The notes beneath the pieces are model-generated. The model ran no database searches. It saw only the letters and a list, made by a program, of their open reading frames with translations, and was not told the DNA's origin. Positions 11,240 through 24,984 of a stretch of DNA of 64,000 nt are shown one piece after another; within the stretch, counting starts at the first letter, position 1, and every line of letters begins with the position of its first letter. Origin of the DNA: Blasia pusilla (lineage: Eukaryota); NCBI GenBank assembly GCA_050084515.1, contig CM114271.1:35464001-35528000 (forward strand), read 5' to 3'. The position numbers and the translations under genes were made by a program.

Positions 11240-14200
11240 TGATAGGTAGTCCCCATCCGCTGCTAGGAGGTTCGATATGCTATTCAAGGAGATTTTCGTG
11301 CCGCGGAGGTTGCTACAACACATAGAGCAATCAATGTTGGACTATATAGTAGAGTGATGGCGTGCATGTTCAGCTTACCCATTTGAGTCCCTTTTCCCAC
11401 ACTTGACTCATGTCATTGGGGGCGTTAAGTATCAGGTGGAGCTTAGGCTAGATGGATGTAGCGATGATGACGAGTGTAGACTCCTTGCATGTGTACCATA
11501 TATATGGATATAGGGCGGTTACTTGAGTAGGGATTGTGTGTATGATCCGAGAGATTGTTAGTACCTTAAGTCAGCTAGTTTGGGAGGCTCAAGGTGAGCC
11601 TGAGTGTTGAGTGTGCATGAAGCTAGGTGTGTCATCATAGGATCAGCATTAGCATAGGTGAGCTAGAGAGGAGTGTGAGAGGCTATCGACGAGTCTGAGT
11701 TCTCCAGTTCACCTCGGAGTGGAGTAAGGTATCGAGGGGTTTCAAGTGAGAAAGCACGTAGACTCCCATCCGTGGTTGGATTTTCATCATTGGATAACAA
11801 TCTTGTAACAAGATCACAGATAGACGACATCGGCCATTGAGCATGTATCGTTTCTCGAGTGCAGTATGGTGACACCATTAATCTAGATAACTTAATCCAC
11901 AAGTTCAACACATGCTGCCACTTTTAAGAGATACAGGCCCCTACATGGTTCAACCCTTTCATGGCGTGGAAGAGTTTGTTCGAGCCTTTAGAGGGTCCTC
12001 CGATGGATGACTATATGGAGTTTTGGTCTTTATAATCGGTAGAGATCGATGCCTCAAGGATGTATTGGACTCCATAGTATGTGTCCTCTATTAGCTGCAA
12101 GGCATATGATGGGATAGTGAGAGGGGAGAGACCTACACCATCAGCCCGGGGACTAAATGGAGATGATGGCTGTGAGGGTGGCGAGGTGGCATAGACCTGT
12201 GGTGCTAGAGCACCATCCAATTTTATTCATATAGTGGAGTTATTTCTACAATTGGGAATTTCGAAGGAGCTAAAGAGCTAACAAGCTAAAGAGTGTTTAG
12301 GATATTCAACGGATATCGGATGAGAGTCTGAGAGAGGCATTCACACACGTGCGACGATTGATCATTAATTTCCATATATGGAGTGATGAGGCACATTGAG
12401 TACAATATTGGTACATGTTCTAGATCGGGAACTACGGAGGAGAGTTTGAGATGCTACGTTGCTTCACACGGTGAAGCCCACATTAAAGGTGGTCTTTGAG
12501 TTTTCTAAGCGGATTGAGTTCAACATGAGTGAGGAGCCGGTAGTGACCACAGGACTTTTGTGAGAGTTGACGGGTCCATGAGTCGCAGTATACATCTCCA
12601 CAAGTGCCCCAACGTGCACCAGTAGCATGGAAGCGAGGCAATGTGCCCAAAGATCAGGGTCGGTATCATGAGGCAATGGCCCGTACCAAAATACGTTGCC
12701 CAACAGGGACAGCCGATTGTCTACTCGATGTGTGGTGGGCCCCATAGGTAGAGGGACTTCCCACAACATAGTAGAGGACAGAGGGTGCCTCCAAATGCTC
12801 AAGAGCCACCTAGGATGGCCCCACCATAGTTAACCATTGCCATCGATATGGTCACACTAGAGATAGGTGTTTTGACCTTTTTCGAGAGGCACGTCCAAAG
12901 GTAGCCTGAGGGCCTTAGGAAAGTCATCTTAGTGTAGGTTGGAGAGGTTTTGGTCATGGAGGTAGAGGTCCAAAAAAATTGCCAGAGGAGATGGAGCGCG
13001 TACACAAGAGGCAATGCTTCTCTCACACATTGATCAGTTGGAGCATAGTATGACAACCATGACAATGGCATAGACAAGGATGGAGCCAAACTCAAGAGTA
13101 TCTACTTTGGGTGGCGCCTCCACTAGCTTCTTATCATGAAACATGAAAGGATTACCTTAGCATGGGATTTATGTTTAGTGTTACTCAAGTAGAGGCTTTT
13201 ATGGTGGTGACTCAATATGCTACAAAATGATCGAGCCACTTAGAGTTGGGATAGAGATAGACCCACAGGAGGGAATCGGCAAGTGATAGGCCAAAGTTCT
13301 CCAGTCGTTTATGTTTTCGGAGGCACTACAAACACCATCGAAGAGACCATCGATGGTGCCTAGATGACTAGCGGTGCCCACAAATGGGGTAGGTAGGTCA
13401 GCATCACGAGGAGTAGGAGACGACTCTTATTTTGGCTCAAGTGGAGCTTAAATAAACCACGTTGTTGGAGGTGGCCATTAGGGTGAGCAAACTCTTTTTT
13501 TTCCACCATGGATTTAGCGACAATGGGACTTGGACCAATGGAGGTGTTCCAACTGGTCGCCACATGATGTGACCATAGACACATGGTGGACTTTCCCTCG
13601 GAGCATATGCTCGGGATGTTCCCCACTCAGTCATGGCAGGTTGTGGTGGCAAAGTTGATTGATATGCCAAGTTGATCAGCCATAGAGCAAGCCATATTGA
13701 CACTAGGTGTGGTGTTGTTGGGAAATTGAGTTGGAGTGTTTCGCTTGGTTAGTCCGACCAGTAAAGTGTAACACAAAGCGCATCCGACTTGATTCGGGAG
13801 TGCATCCCTTGACGTCAGGGAGGGTATCGTGTTTGGCATTGGGGTTACAAAAATTGCAAAGGCGACATAAAGCCTTGTCCCTTTTAGATACAGATCTCTA
13901 TTGGGGGCGTGTCACCCACGTAGTATATGAATCAAAAGAAGTAGTTATCAAAGTCCAACCATAGCATACACTAGATAGTACTATGATGCGTACACGTGCG
14001 ATTACACTGGTAGAGTTGTACAATGTGTTGGTGGGGAGTACGTATGGTGTTATATCCACTGTAATTCATCCTTGATTTTTGGGAGGAGACCGTTGTTTAT
14101 CGGCCAGGGTGGCCATAAGATGATGTATGGCCAGATAAGTCAATTACCCGTGCAATTTGCGGGACACGGTGGTCGACCATGTGATGGTAGAGTGACCACA

Positions 14201-14783
14201 TTGGCAACATTCACAAGTGGTTTTAGCTGGCCAAGAGAGTTTTTTGGGGGAAAACACATACGGAGGACATCCTGACGGCGAATAGTCCCATGGAGAAACA
14301 TACTATAGCAAGTGTCAATTATCATGTTGTTGCTATTAACACTTGCTCTTCACCGGTCTCTTCACCATTATGATGTACGAGTTGTGATTTGTAGAGGAGT
14401 GCAGATGACCTCGTGAGGCACGTGTGGAGTTGTGCCTTTATCTTAGAGCAAAGAGAGTCATGTAACAATTGAGCTTTTGGAGTGGCGATGTGGACATCAT
14501 TGGATACCACACCTGTTGTGTGGCAGTGTCAAGAGGAGGGTGTCAAAGTATTAGACCTCTTCAGAGGGATTAGCATGGGATTGGTTGCAGTGTTACAAGC
14601 AAGCATACGGGTGGATCAATATCTTTATGTGAAGAGACATGAGATCACACGGCGAGTCTCATTGTGCCATGTGGCGAGGTTGATCCAGAGATATCATGCT
14701 TTATTTCTGGTATGTACAGTACATGGTATCAGCATACACTACCGGCCAATATTTTGTTGTTGGGGGTTCATGACCTGGTGACG
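11240..14783 (+). mobile_element. Decayed Ty3/gypsy internal region (leader, gag, partial pol with DNMT fragment)
   Basis: 12230-12560 translates (with frameshifts) to ..DESLREAFTHVRRLI..LDRELRRRV.DATLL..PTLKVVFEFSKRIEFNMSEE, homologous to gag at 29650-29957 (..LREAYTRLRRLI..TLRTRVREGVLL..PTLRDVFRIAENI.RNLAEE). Confidence 0.7.
14539..14783 (+). pseudogene. Fragment of a C5-cytosine DNA methyltransferase domain (motif I-II region, DNMT3-like) inside a retrotransposon relic
   Basis: GVKVLDLFRGISMGLVAVLQASIRVDQYLYVKRHEITRRVS..YQHTLPANILLLGVHDL aligns by eye with the DNMT3-type N-terminal catalytic region ([31 protein letters not shown]). Truncated before the PC motif; one frameshift. Confidence 0.7.
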
Positions 14784-14784
14784 T

Positions 14785-15500
14785 ATGCCTCGGTGGCCCA
14801 TGTCGTCCATCTCCCTCCGCGTGACAGTGTCTTTGTGTGCAACCTCATCACCAAACCCGTTGTTTGGTGATGATGATCCAACCATGGATCATCATCCTAC
14901 TGGGAGTCAGGGTGGTTCCTCATCAAAACCCCTCGACACCTCACTCCACTCCGTGCAAATCCACTACCACTGCTCAAACTACCCCATTCTTCCAAACCGT
15001 GGAAGAAGGCCGTGATGATAATTCTGTCTCATACGCTCAAGCACTCAAACTTACCGAGAGTCTCCCACACTCCTCACTAGCTCACCTACACTAATGTTAA
15101 TCCCGTGATGACCTCCCCGGTCTTACGCATACTCAATACTTGGTCTTACCATGAGCCTCTTGAACTAGCTCACCTAAGTTACTTACGCTCTCTCTGGCCA
15201 TACACACAACCCTTGCCTGTGAAATCGCCTTATATCCACAAACATGCTATACATGCAAGGAGTCTACACTCGTCATCATCGCTACACCCATCTAGCCTAA
15301 GCTCTACTCGATACGCAACACCCTCAATGATATAAGAGAAGTGTGGGAAAAGGGACTCGAATGAGTAACTTCAACACGCCCGCCATAAATATATTGCATG
15401 TACGGTCAACAATGATTGCTCCATGTGGTGCAGTAACCTTTGTGGCATGATAATCTCCTCAAGCAACACGTCAAACCCCCCACCAACAGATGGGTGGATC
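14785..15500 (-). mobile_element. Second, inverted copy of the gypsy leader region
   Basis: 15040-15500 is a diverged reverse complement of ~11240-11700 (e.g. atgcaaggagtctacactcgtcatcatcgctaca). Confidence 0.7.
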
Positions 15501-17606
15501 AACCCAGCGTGTTGGGAAGATTGATGTTGTGTGGTGTGTATATGTGACCAGCAAAGTGTATGCACATGACAACATCTTGAGACTAGCCTTTCGCAAATTG
15601 GGGCTTAGCCACTCATAGGGATCAAGGACTAGGCAAGTTAGTTGAAATATTCTTGAGCCAATTAAGTTTCAAGTTAAGGCCTAGAAGCAAGAAAGGCCAT
15701 GAGGAGTTGAGATCGACAATATGCCATGAGACTAGTTGCCAAACGTAAGGGTTAATATTACAACCATGAGATACCAAATGATGGGAGTCAAGATGGGCGA
15801 TAGCCGTGAGATATTAAAAGTGCCGGATAAGGTTATAAGGTGAGTTTGGATAAGTAAAGATGGACACAATCTAACATGAGACTCCCCTGAGTCATCCTGA
15901 GGGTTAACTGGATAAACACAGGTGCACGAGATGCAAACCACATTTGGGTTGAGGACCACAACCAACACAAACAAGGATCCAAAGTGGATATTGGGAAACA
16001 TAGGGTTCCCTTGGACAACCCTAGAATTACATAAGGGGAGGGAGTCTCTATTTCCCTACCCACTTGAGTCTTGGAATAAGGGGTTAACCATATTTCGGAT
16101 TTGAGCTAAGGAATTGTTCAAGCAACACCTTGAGGTTTACAACACGTTATGATTGGGTGAGGGGTTGGCGGAGAATGGTTAGGGGGATTAGTGACTAAAC
16201 CTTCTTAAGGAGTTGATACTCATCTTGGGAGACTCAGAACCAATGAGTGTGGGGAGGCTCCATCGAATCATCTAGAAGACGTGTGAACGCTTGGGTCTCC
16301 AAGACTCAACCCAAGTTTTCCACGTACATGACTCGAGGTGGAGATCTCTTAGACATTGGCAAGAGGAGTAGAGGTTGAATTTTGCAAGGGGATTCAGAAC
16401 ACTATTCAAGCTCACCAACATTTGGAGTACATCAAGGGTTATGTTGGTCATAGCTTGAGGATATAGTCAATCCATCATGACCAGAAATTGCATGTTTCAT
16501 TGATTAACCATGTGGGATTTAGGGCCATTGATCACAATCTAATTGTGATATGAGATGTGAGTCATGTGACGATAGATCATCATGAAATGCAATAAGGGAA
16601 ATGACTTCACTCATAGAAACTTGTGAATTTCACCTCACTCAAAAATTCACATGGAAGATTTGTAGGCATATTCTATACAGATTTTTTGAAAATTTGAAAA
16701 ATAGACATTATTTTCTTGATTTTTTATTCCCAAATTAAAATAGTTAATTTATTTTACTACTTTTCTATCATTGGGTGATAAATATAGATTCCCAAAGAAT
16801 AAAACTTCAACTTTTTTTTCCCATAAGTTCCTTGTATACTTTTTCATTACCAATAAATTTCTTCTTGTTTGCTTCTATATTTATGAATGGCACAAGAAAT
16901 TCAAACCAATGGATGCATACAATGATAAGTGGAAAGAGGTTGAAGGGACTGAACTTTAAGGGATATATGATACACCATTGTACAACTTGTATCTTGCGGG
17001 AGACTAATAAACATGCTGCTCATGAATTCATAAAGTTGTATTGTTATCCCTTATAAAAAATATTTTCTTGTTGTACAATTGCCATGTGTCAAGAAGATAG
17101 GTGTTTGTAGATCAAGAAGATACTCTCCAATAATAATATAGCCGATGGATGAAAATAATCTTAATTTACTATGGCCTCTCAAAACAACTCTACCTCGGCT
17201 ATAAGAATCCAAAATATATCACATAACCAAACTCCAAAACTAGGAAGGAGGTTACAACAATATGTCACGAACCCTCGAAAGAAGGCAATTTCGTCTCATG
17301 TAATTTTTACATTATTTATGGAATTTTTGTGCCCACCATTATCAAACCTTCATTTTGAGATGCACATTTTTCCATTTATGTGAACCGATATGGATTGGTG
17401 TGATTTTACTTCCTTCCTTCCTTTCTTTTATACCTTACTTTGATTGGTACTAGTAATAGGAGCCAAAAGCCTTGTAACAAGTCCACGTATATGGCCTACC
17501 CACATATGTGACAAATATGTGACAATTTTGAGCATACAAGCCTTGTAGATAATTTGGTTTGGAAAGGATGGTTAAAACAAAAATCAATCATAAATTGGAT
17601 TAACAC

Positions 17607-17750
17607 TAGTTAGGACCCGTGAAGGGATCGTGTACGGTCCTCTCATGTTCCCCACCCCAAAGGCCTGAACTTGAATGCCCTCTTTTATCTTTGGATTAAA
17701 AAAGACACATGTCGTCACGAGAAGACGCTCCTCCCTTAATAATATAAATT
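17607..17750 (-). mobile_element. Mini-Helitron-like element
   Basis: CTAGTTAGGACCC.. end and ..TAATAATATAAA end, shared with the copy at ~50811-50990. Confidence 0.45.
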
Positions 17751-19129
17751 ATTTTCTTTTCCACATAAGAAACGAAAACGTCACATTGAAGTTTAGTATG
17801 ATATATACCCTTTATGACTAGAAACCCGATTCCCTCCCATTTCCTTAATTAATTAATTAAATTTAAAAAGGGGGGAAAAAAGTGATTCCAGAGAAGGGCG
17901 TCCGTGCATAGGACACCACAGCCGTAGATCTAGAGGTCGACGGTGGTTAGCTCTACCAATCCACTCAGAGAGAAGCACGACAGAGCGGTACAAAGGCAAA
18001 ATATCTCGCTTGTGAACGACCCCGTCGACTTTAAGTCCAGTCCTTGGACTTTAGAAAAGCTGAAGTACGAGTACCCAGAACCCGTAGGCACGCTACTTCG
18101 TCCGGGAACTAAAGTTTACTTCTACGCAGTCGGAGTCCGAGTAAAGGTTGTTCATCGGGGCGTTTCCCGGACCGGAGGAGTCACCGGCCGGGACGGTTCG
18201 GTGCCGCCTTGGAGGGTTTAGTAGGTACGAAAAACTATTTGCCCGGACGTCCAGAAATTATATAGACATGTGTCAATTTAAATAAAATGTTTAAAGTCTT
18301 TGAATTTTTAACTGGTTAATTATACTATTAATCAAACACGTGGGGGTATAACGAGTAGAGGTAAATTTATTTTTATCAGAAGTGAAGCATTGAGTGTGAG
18401 TTTGTCTTCATCCAATGCCAAAGAGGTGTGCAATCGACAAGAATACTTGAATTAAAATCATGGTCATTTTATGCCAGTGCATAGCATAGCACGGGCGGTT
18501 GCTTGCAATTGGGAGTGTCGAATTAAAAACAAAATATTTGATCAGGATTAGTAGGAAGTTGAGGCTATGAGTTTAGTGGCCAATCCAATGCATGGAAATA
18601 ACTACAATATTAAATTATTATTTTTAGACAAACCATTCTTATAAATCGAGAAAGGGAAAAAAATCATCCTTGGAGGATCTTACACTCTTCACCCTTGAAA
18701 ACCCCCACAGAGCATTCTACCTTCCTTATCTATTAAACCACCAACATATGCGTACATATTAGTCATATGTACGCATATGAGAAAGAGCTAAAAATTCTTC
18801 CCGGACATTATTATTGAAATATTTGAAGCAGATCTTATTTCAAAAGAGATTTGATTTGATGGGGTACTTTTCATATGTTTTTTGAAATAACGGTGGTGTG
18901 GTATGACACCTATAAATTCACATGTTTTAGAATTGCAAATAAAAAGACGGTTCTCTCTAAGTTGGAGCGTACTTAACACTATTGTTGGCGAACAAAACTG
19001 AAGAAGGTGGTGACAGTTGTGGAGGCATCAACAAATTGAAGATTATGGATTTATCAACCAAAGGTGAAGGGGAAACTCTGACACTCATTATTGAGGCAAA
19101 GGGGCGAGGAAAATTTCAAGGTAAATCTC

Positions 19130-19400
19130 TTCTCGAATGTTCAGGGTAAATCTCTTGTAGTCGATTGGATTCCTACTCCTTGACAGAATCGGCCGAGCCT
19201 TCTTCCTTGATCTCCGCTTGAGATGCGATCTCGAGTTTCTAAAGGTTGCGAAACTCTTGACTCCCAAGCAGCTCACAGATCTCTTCCACTTCAAACACAT
19301 CGTCTAAGGTGACCGAAAGCTATACCAGGGACAGATCCTCGAGCCGTGAAGCCGTATCATTCAGTAGTACTACGAGACAGTTTGGACATTGGAATTTTCA
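19130..19400 (-). pseudogene. Possible LRR (RI-like) pseudogene fragment
   Basis: Minus frame LLNDTASRLEDLSLV*LSVTLDDVFEVEEICELLGSQEFRNL*KLEIASQAEIKEEG has LxxLxL-like spacing with internal stops; weak. Confidence 0.25.
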
Positions 19401-19716
19401 GCAGCGTCCAGATTTTTTTCCTCATGGCTTTTTCTGCTCAAAATCCGAGTGCACGAAGTTGCTCTGGTCCGAATTCAGCCTCTTCGCGATTCAATGAATG
19501 GTCCATTGATTAACACAGAGAGAGAATGTACTCATTAAGTATCTCCTCTCTTTCCATCGAGTTTGCTGCTACGACACTCTTCCCTCTCATCTCGATTTGG
19601 TTTTGTGGATTGATTCATTGTGATTCCGAAGTGGTGTTGGAATGGTAAGTGTAGTGGTGTGCGTGTTTATCTCTGGTCGTACAGGTTGTGTAGTTTATCT
19701 TTGGTGGTAGCCTTGC

Positions 19717-19895
<179 letters not shown>

Positions 19896-20065
19896 TGTTT
19901 TTAGTCCCTAATCTTGAGCAACCAGCTTAGGGACTCTAACCACTTTGAGGTTGGAAACATCGGGCAAAGTTTTGTGTCAAACACCGAGCAAGAAATTAGA
20001 GAGAAATTCAAACCAAAGCCCAGAGAGAAAGACTTTTACTTTTGTTTTTTTTTGTTTTTTTTTTT

Positions 20066-20251
<186 letters not shown>

Positions 20252-20439
20252 TTTTTAGTCCACGGGAAGCCATCTGGCTTATGGGACCCCTTCCACATAT
20301 GTGAAATTGACATCACTTCCGACATGGCACCTTCACATCTAGAAGTTCTCACTCAGGAGATTTGGTTTTTGTTTTTTTTTTGTATTTTTCTTTTTGTGAA
20401 GGCCTAGAATTTTATCCAGATTTTTAACCTGGGAGCATA

Positions 20440-20705
<266 letters not shown>

Positions 20706-20881
20706 TTCCTATGTGCTCTGCTCAAGAATGAAAAAAATTTCTCGTCCCCTCCAATTTTTCTGCAGCCCTACGCGGGGCAACTTGTATTGCCTCGCCCTGC
20801 CCTCTTGAGCATTACCTATGTTTTTTTCCATTCATGTTGTGTGGATTGAGCAACATTGATCTCGCACGCTCAATGTGTGTA

Positions 20882-21490
20882 TGCATTTGGTGCTTGAGGC
20901 AGTGCCTTTGAACCCTTCAACGACACCCTTCTTCCTCTCTATCCTATCTCCCCTTGAGACTCCGTTATTTCTACTGCACTTCTGTGGGCGAGACTTCCCT
21001 GCCAAGTTTCACAAGAATTTGAACCGGATACCCGTAATAGACAAAAAATTACTAGACACACTGATATATTTTTTTAAGAGGAAGATCACTCCATCAGCGG
21101 CAATAGTCGTTCAATTGCAGTCATTCAATTGCAGTTTTTTCATTCGAGCTACAATGCTGGTTTGCTTTATTAAGCCCTGAAGAGTATGTTTGCATTTGGT
21201 GCTTGAGGCACTGCCTTTGAACCCTTCAACGACACCCTTCTTCCTCTCTGTCCTATCTCCCCTTGAGACTCCGTCATTTCTACTGCACTTCTGTGGGCGA
21301 GACTTCCCTGCCAAGTTTCACAAGAATTTGAACTTGATACCCCTACTAAGACAAAAAATTACCAAATACATTGATAAATTTTCGTCAAGAGGAAGATCAC
21401 TCCATCATCAGCGGCAGTAGTCGTTCAATTGCAATCGTTTAACTGCAGTTTTTTCATTCAAGCTACAATGCTGGTTTGCTTTATTAAGCC
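20882..21490. repeat. Tandem duplication, two copies of ~310 bp
   Basis: tgcatttggtgcttgaggca...ttattaagccc occurs at ~20882-21177 and ~21192-21491 with high identity. Confidence 0.95.
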
Positions 21491-22714
21491 CCGAGGTCTA
21501 ACGCCTGTTCATTTCATTCATTCAATCCTTACGAGCAAAGAACTTTGACGCCCGTGCATCGTACAAGCTTTCTTACTAGTCTTAACTAAAAAAAAAAGAA
21601 ACTTAATAAACAAATGAGATAGAAAGAAAGGAAAGGTTGAAACAAAACTGAACTCCGGGAACAAACATGACATGCTACACAATTTAAAAATAGATGCCAT
21701 AAGAGAGAGAAAAGCCCAAATCCATTTGCTACTCGCTTTGCAGATAAAGAAAGAAAAAATTTACTTCCTCACGAGAGCGCTTCCGATGTGCAGCGGGAGT
21801 CCGCCGGAGGTGCTGGCAAGGGAAGGGCAGGAGGGCGGGCAGGACAGGTCAGCACGCTAACTTGACTGACTCGGAGTCCCAGTCAGACTTGAGTGCGAGT
21901 ACCGGTCGCTGCTTAGCCGAGAGCGGCGGGCGGGCGGGACAGGCAGGACTGAGCTCGGGCAGCGCTGTCTCCCGAGAGGAAGAGCGACGGAAGGGAGGAA
22001 GGCGTGCGACGACGAGAGGAGAAGAGTGCAGTGCGGGGACAGAAGAGAGTGAGGAGGCGAAGGAGACACAGAGAGGGAGAGGGAGAGAGAGGGAGGGAGG
22101 GACCTGCGAGAGGGAGAGAGAGAGAGACGACAAGTCAATCGGAGGGGCGCGGGTTAGTTCGGGCACAGGGGAAGAATCGATAAGGGGGCGTCGCGAGGGT
22201 GCGAGATTTGCAGAGTTCGGCGGTGATTTGATCGGGGAAGTTCTTGGCGGCGAGGAGATTGGACGATTCTACGATACGCGCGCTGCCGTTTCTTAGGTTG
22301 GGAGATTTCATGGTGGATTCGTGAGAATCTAGGTGCGGTGCAGTGTCGATCATCAGGATCGGGCCGGCCGGGACCCGTGGGCTTTCTTCGCCGACGGAAG
22401 GCAGCGCTGCGCGGTTCTAGGAAGGGGGGGGAGAGAGAGCGAGAGAGAGAGAGCGGAGGAGGAGAAGAAGGAGCTGGAGGGGGTTATCAGTCGGATTGCG
22501 GTTCCATTGTTTCTTGTCGCGCCATTCCCGTTGCCCCACAGACAGTCCAGAGCGTCTCATGGTGGGACTTTGATTCCGTGGACACGTAGAGGTTGTTTTC
22601 AGGTGCATTGGCAGTGGTTGGTTTGGTTCGTGGATACCGGTTTGCCAGTCCAATTTCCACATTTGTGATTCGTACGATTGTCGCGCCAGACGAGCGCAGA
22701 CGGAGACCAAAGCG

Positions 22715-22948
22715 ATGGTTTGGTGGGAGCATTATGGAATTTCCGATGAGGTGATGGGAACCTTCGGTCCCATTGCTATCTATTGGATATATGGAGGTCT
22801 GTATCACATGCTTCCCTCTTTTGACCAATATCGCTTGCACAGTCGTAAGGAGGAGGAGCAGAAGAACTTAGTGCCCATATCCACCGTCGTCAAGGGAGTT
22901 TTGCTGCAGCAGCTCTGCCAAGCCATCGTGGCCCTCATCATGTTCTCG
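22715..22948 (+). CDS. SBH: Sphingoid base (sphinganine C4) hydroxylase, exon 1
   Basis: MVWWEHYGISDEVMGTFGPIAIYWIYGGLY..YRLHSRKEEEQKNLVPISTVVKGVLLQQ is the typical plant SBH N-terminus; phase-0 donor GTGAGT at 22949. Confidence 0.95.
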
Positions 22949-24438
22949 GTGAGTTCTCGTCACGACATCCTCTGAGGTATCCGAGCTCTGGTGCTGCATG
23001 TGCGAGGAACTTTTGGAATGTCCAGTCCTTCTCACCCATCATACATTTGCGGAATTTCTCTCTTCTCAGAGCACCACCGTTCGTTGCATGTCATATGTCG
23101 AGTCGACGATTAATACAAACAGTTACTCTGGCGAGAAATCCATTTTCCAGAGGACTGTAAACAGTCACTGGTTGAGGCCTATGGTTGAAGGCCCCCTTCT
23201 GAGCATGAGCGGTTGTTAGTGGCCCTGTGAAGAAACGGTTAGATGCTGTGAAGACCTCACAAGTTTAGGGGCCTCCTGGTTTCTGTGGATTAACATGGCT
23301 TCGGTTTAAACTGAAGGTGTCTGCGTGCGGTCCTGAACCTGATGGCCTCTGGCAGATCGTTTGAGCTGGGCTATCCTCCTGTCCCGATTTTACTTAGGGG
23401 CCGGTCCAACTTCCCACTGATTACTAACTTGCGAAGGGAGATCACATTCTGTGGATTTTGGTCTGAATCCGACAAGCCAATGGCTCGAGATCTCGCTCTG
23501 TTAGTCTCAAATTCGTGGAGCCTTTCATTGTTGTGACAACTACAGTCTCGAGGCTGCCTGGAAGTTATGGTCGATACTCATCTCTACCCTGGAATTACTT
23601 GACAATTACGGTTTCCCCGGATTACCCCTGCATGGTTGGATCAGTGTCTAAAGTTTCATGAGATACAAGATTAGGATAGCTTCATGTGGCAATGGGGATC
23701 CTATACGAAGCAGAAGACAGAATGAGACTGCTGCCACTTCATTAGTACGGAATGGCCAAGTTTCACTTCACAATGGATGTCTTGATGTCCAGAAGTTTAT
23801 CGTTGACTGAACCTTGGAATTACTCAGTGCGTTAGCAAAGTATTTCGTTGTGGTTCCCTCTATGAAGGTCAAATTATTCGTCTGGTATAGGACAGGGAGA
23901 TGTACCAGTATTTACGGCCAACATGTGCTGTGGGATGTCTGTCTTTTGGAGTTGAGATTCTCGTTTCACTTTCAAAACTCCTCCTTTCACTTTCAAAACT
24001 CCTGTACGATGCCTCAAGTCATCCTTGTCTTCCAGCAGACATGTGCCTATGGAAGCACGTCCAATAATCCGGTTCTTGTCAAGCCTGGAAATTGTGTGAT
24101 ATCTATATGTAGGTTAAAGTTGTTTTACTGTAAAGTCAGTGGCACACAATCATGAATCTGGGTTGCTTAGCCACTAGTTTCTCGCACATGGGTGGAGCCG
24201 AATCGCGTCTGTGTTCAGCCTAGAAGGATGCGATTTGTCTACCAAAATTTTTAGTAGATGGTTCCTGCCCTATCATTGCCTAACTTTTACAATATCAGAT
24301 GGGACCTGCTGCTCTGGAATATGCTCCGAAGATGCCATGTTTGATATGATGATCGAGTACTGCCTACCCTAGTTTATTTTGGGATTACAAGAAACATGTT
24401 CAAGTGGCTCTTTCTCATTCCTCTGTGGTTGTATGCAG

Positions 24439-24984
24439 TTGACAGCGACACCAGATGTGCATATTGTTCAGCCACCGCTGCTCGTGCAAGTCGGACAAGT
24501 CCTTGTTGCTATGCTGGTCATGGACACTTGGCAGTACTTTGTACACCGGTACATGCATATCAACAAATTCTTGTACCGACATGTACACTCACAACACCAT
24601 CGATTGGTTGTGCCTTACGCATTTGGGGCATTGTTTAACCATCCTCTCGAGGGTCTTCTTTTAGATACTGTCGGAGGTGCTTTCTCCTTCTTGTTGTCAG
24701 GGATGACCCCACGGACGTCGGTCTTTTTCTTCTCGTTTGCAACGATGAAAACAGTGGATGATCACTGTGGGCTATGGTTGCCAGGAAACCCATTTCATCT
24801 TCTGTTTCCAAACAACACTGCTTATCATGACATCCATCATCAGCTACATGGTACCAAATATAATTTCTCGCAGCCCTTTTTCAACATCTGGGATAAAGTG
24901 CTCGGGACGCACATGCCCTTTGCTCTGGAGAAACGAGCTGATGGTGGGTATGAGGCCAGACCAACTAAGGAGGGAACTGATTAA
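24439..24984 (+). CDS. SBH: Sphingoid base (sphinganine C4) hydroxylase, exon 2
   Basis: Acceptor tgcAG at 24437-38, in frame. His boxes HRYMH, HSQHH, DDHCG, HDIHH and NFSQPFF..WD of the fatty-acid hydroxylase family. Spliced product is 259 aa; intron is 1490 bp. Confidence 0.96.
   Translation: MTATPDVHIVQPPLLVQVGQVLVAMLVMDTWQYFVHRYMHINKFLYRHVHSQHHRLVVPYAFGALFNHPLEGLLLDTVGGAFSFLLSGMTPRTSVFFFSFATMKTVDDHCGLWLPGNPFHLLFPNNTAYHDIHHQLHGTKYNFSQPFFNIWDKVLGTHMPFALEKRADGGYEARPTKEGTD

Noticed and set aside
21849-22710. Several overlapping ORFs upstream of SBH
   Set aside because: GC/GA-rich leader sequence with low-complexity translations and no domain.
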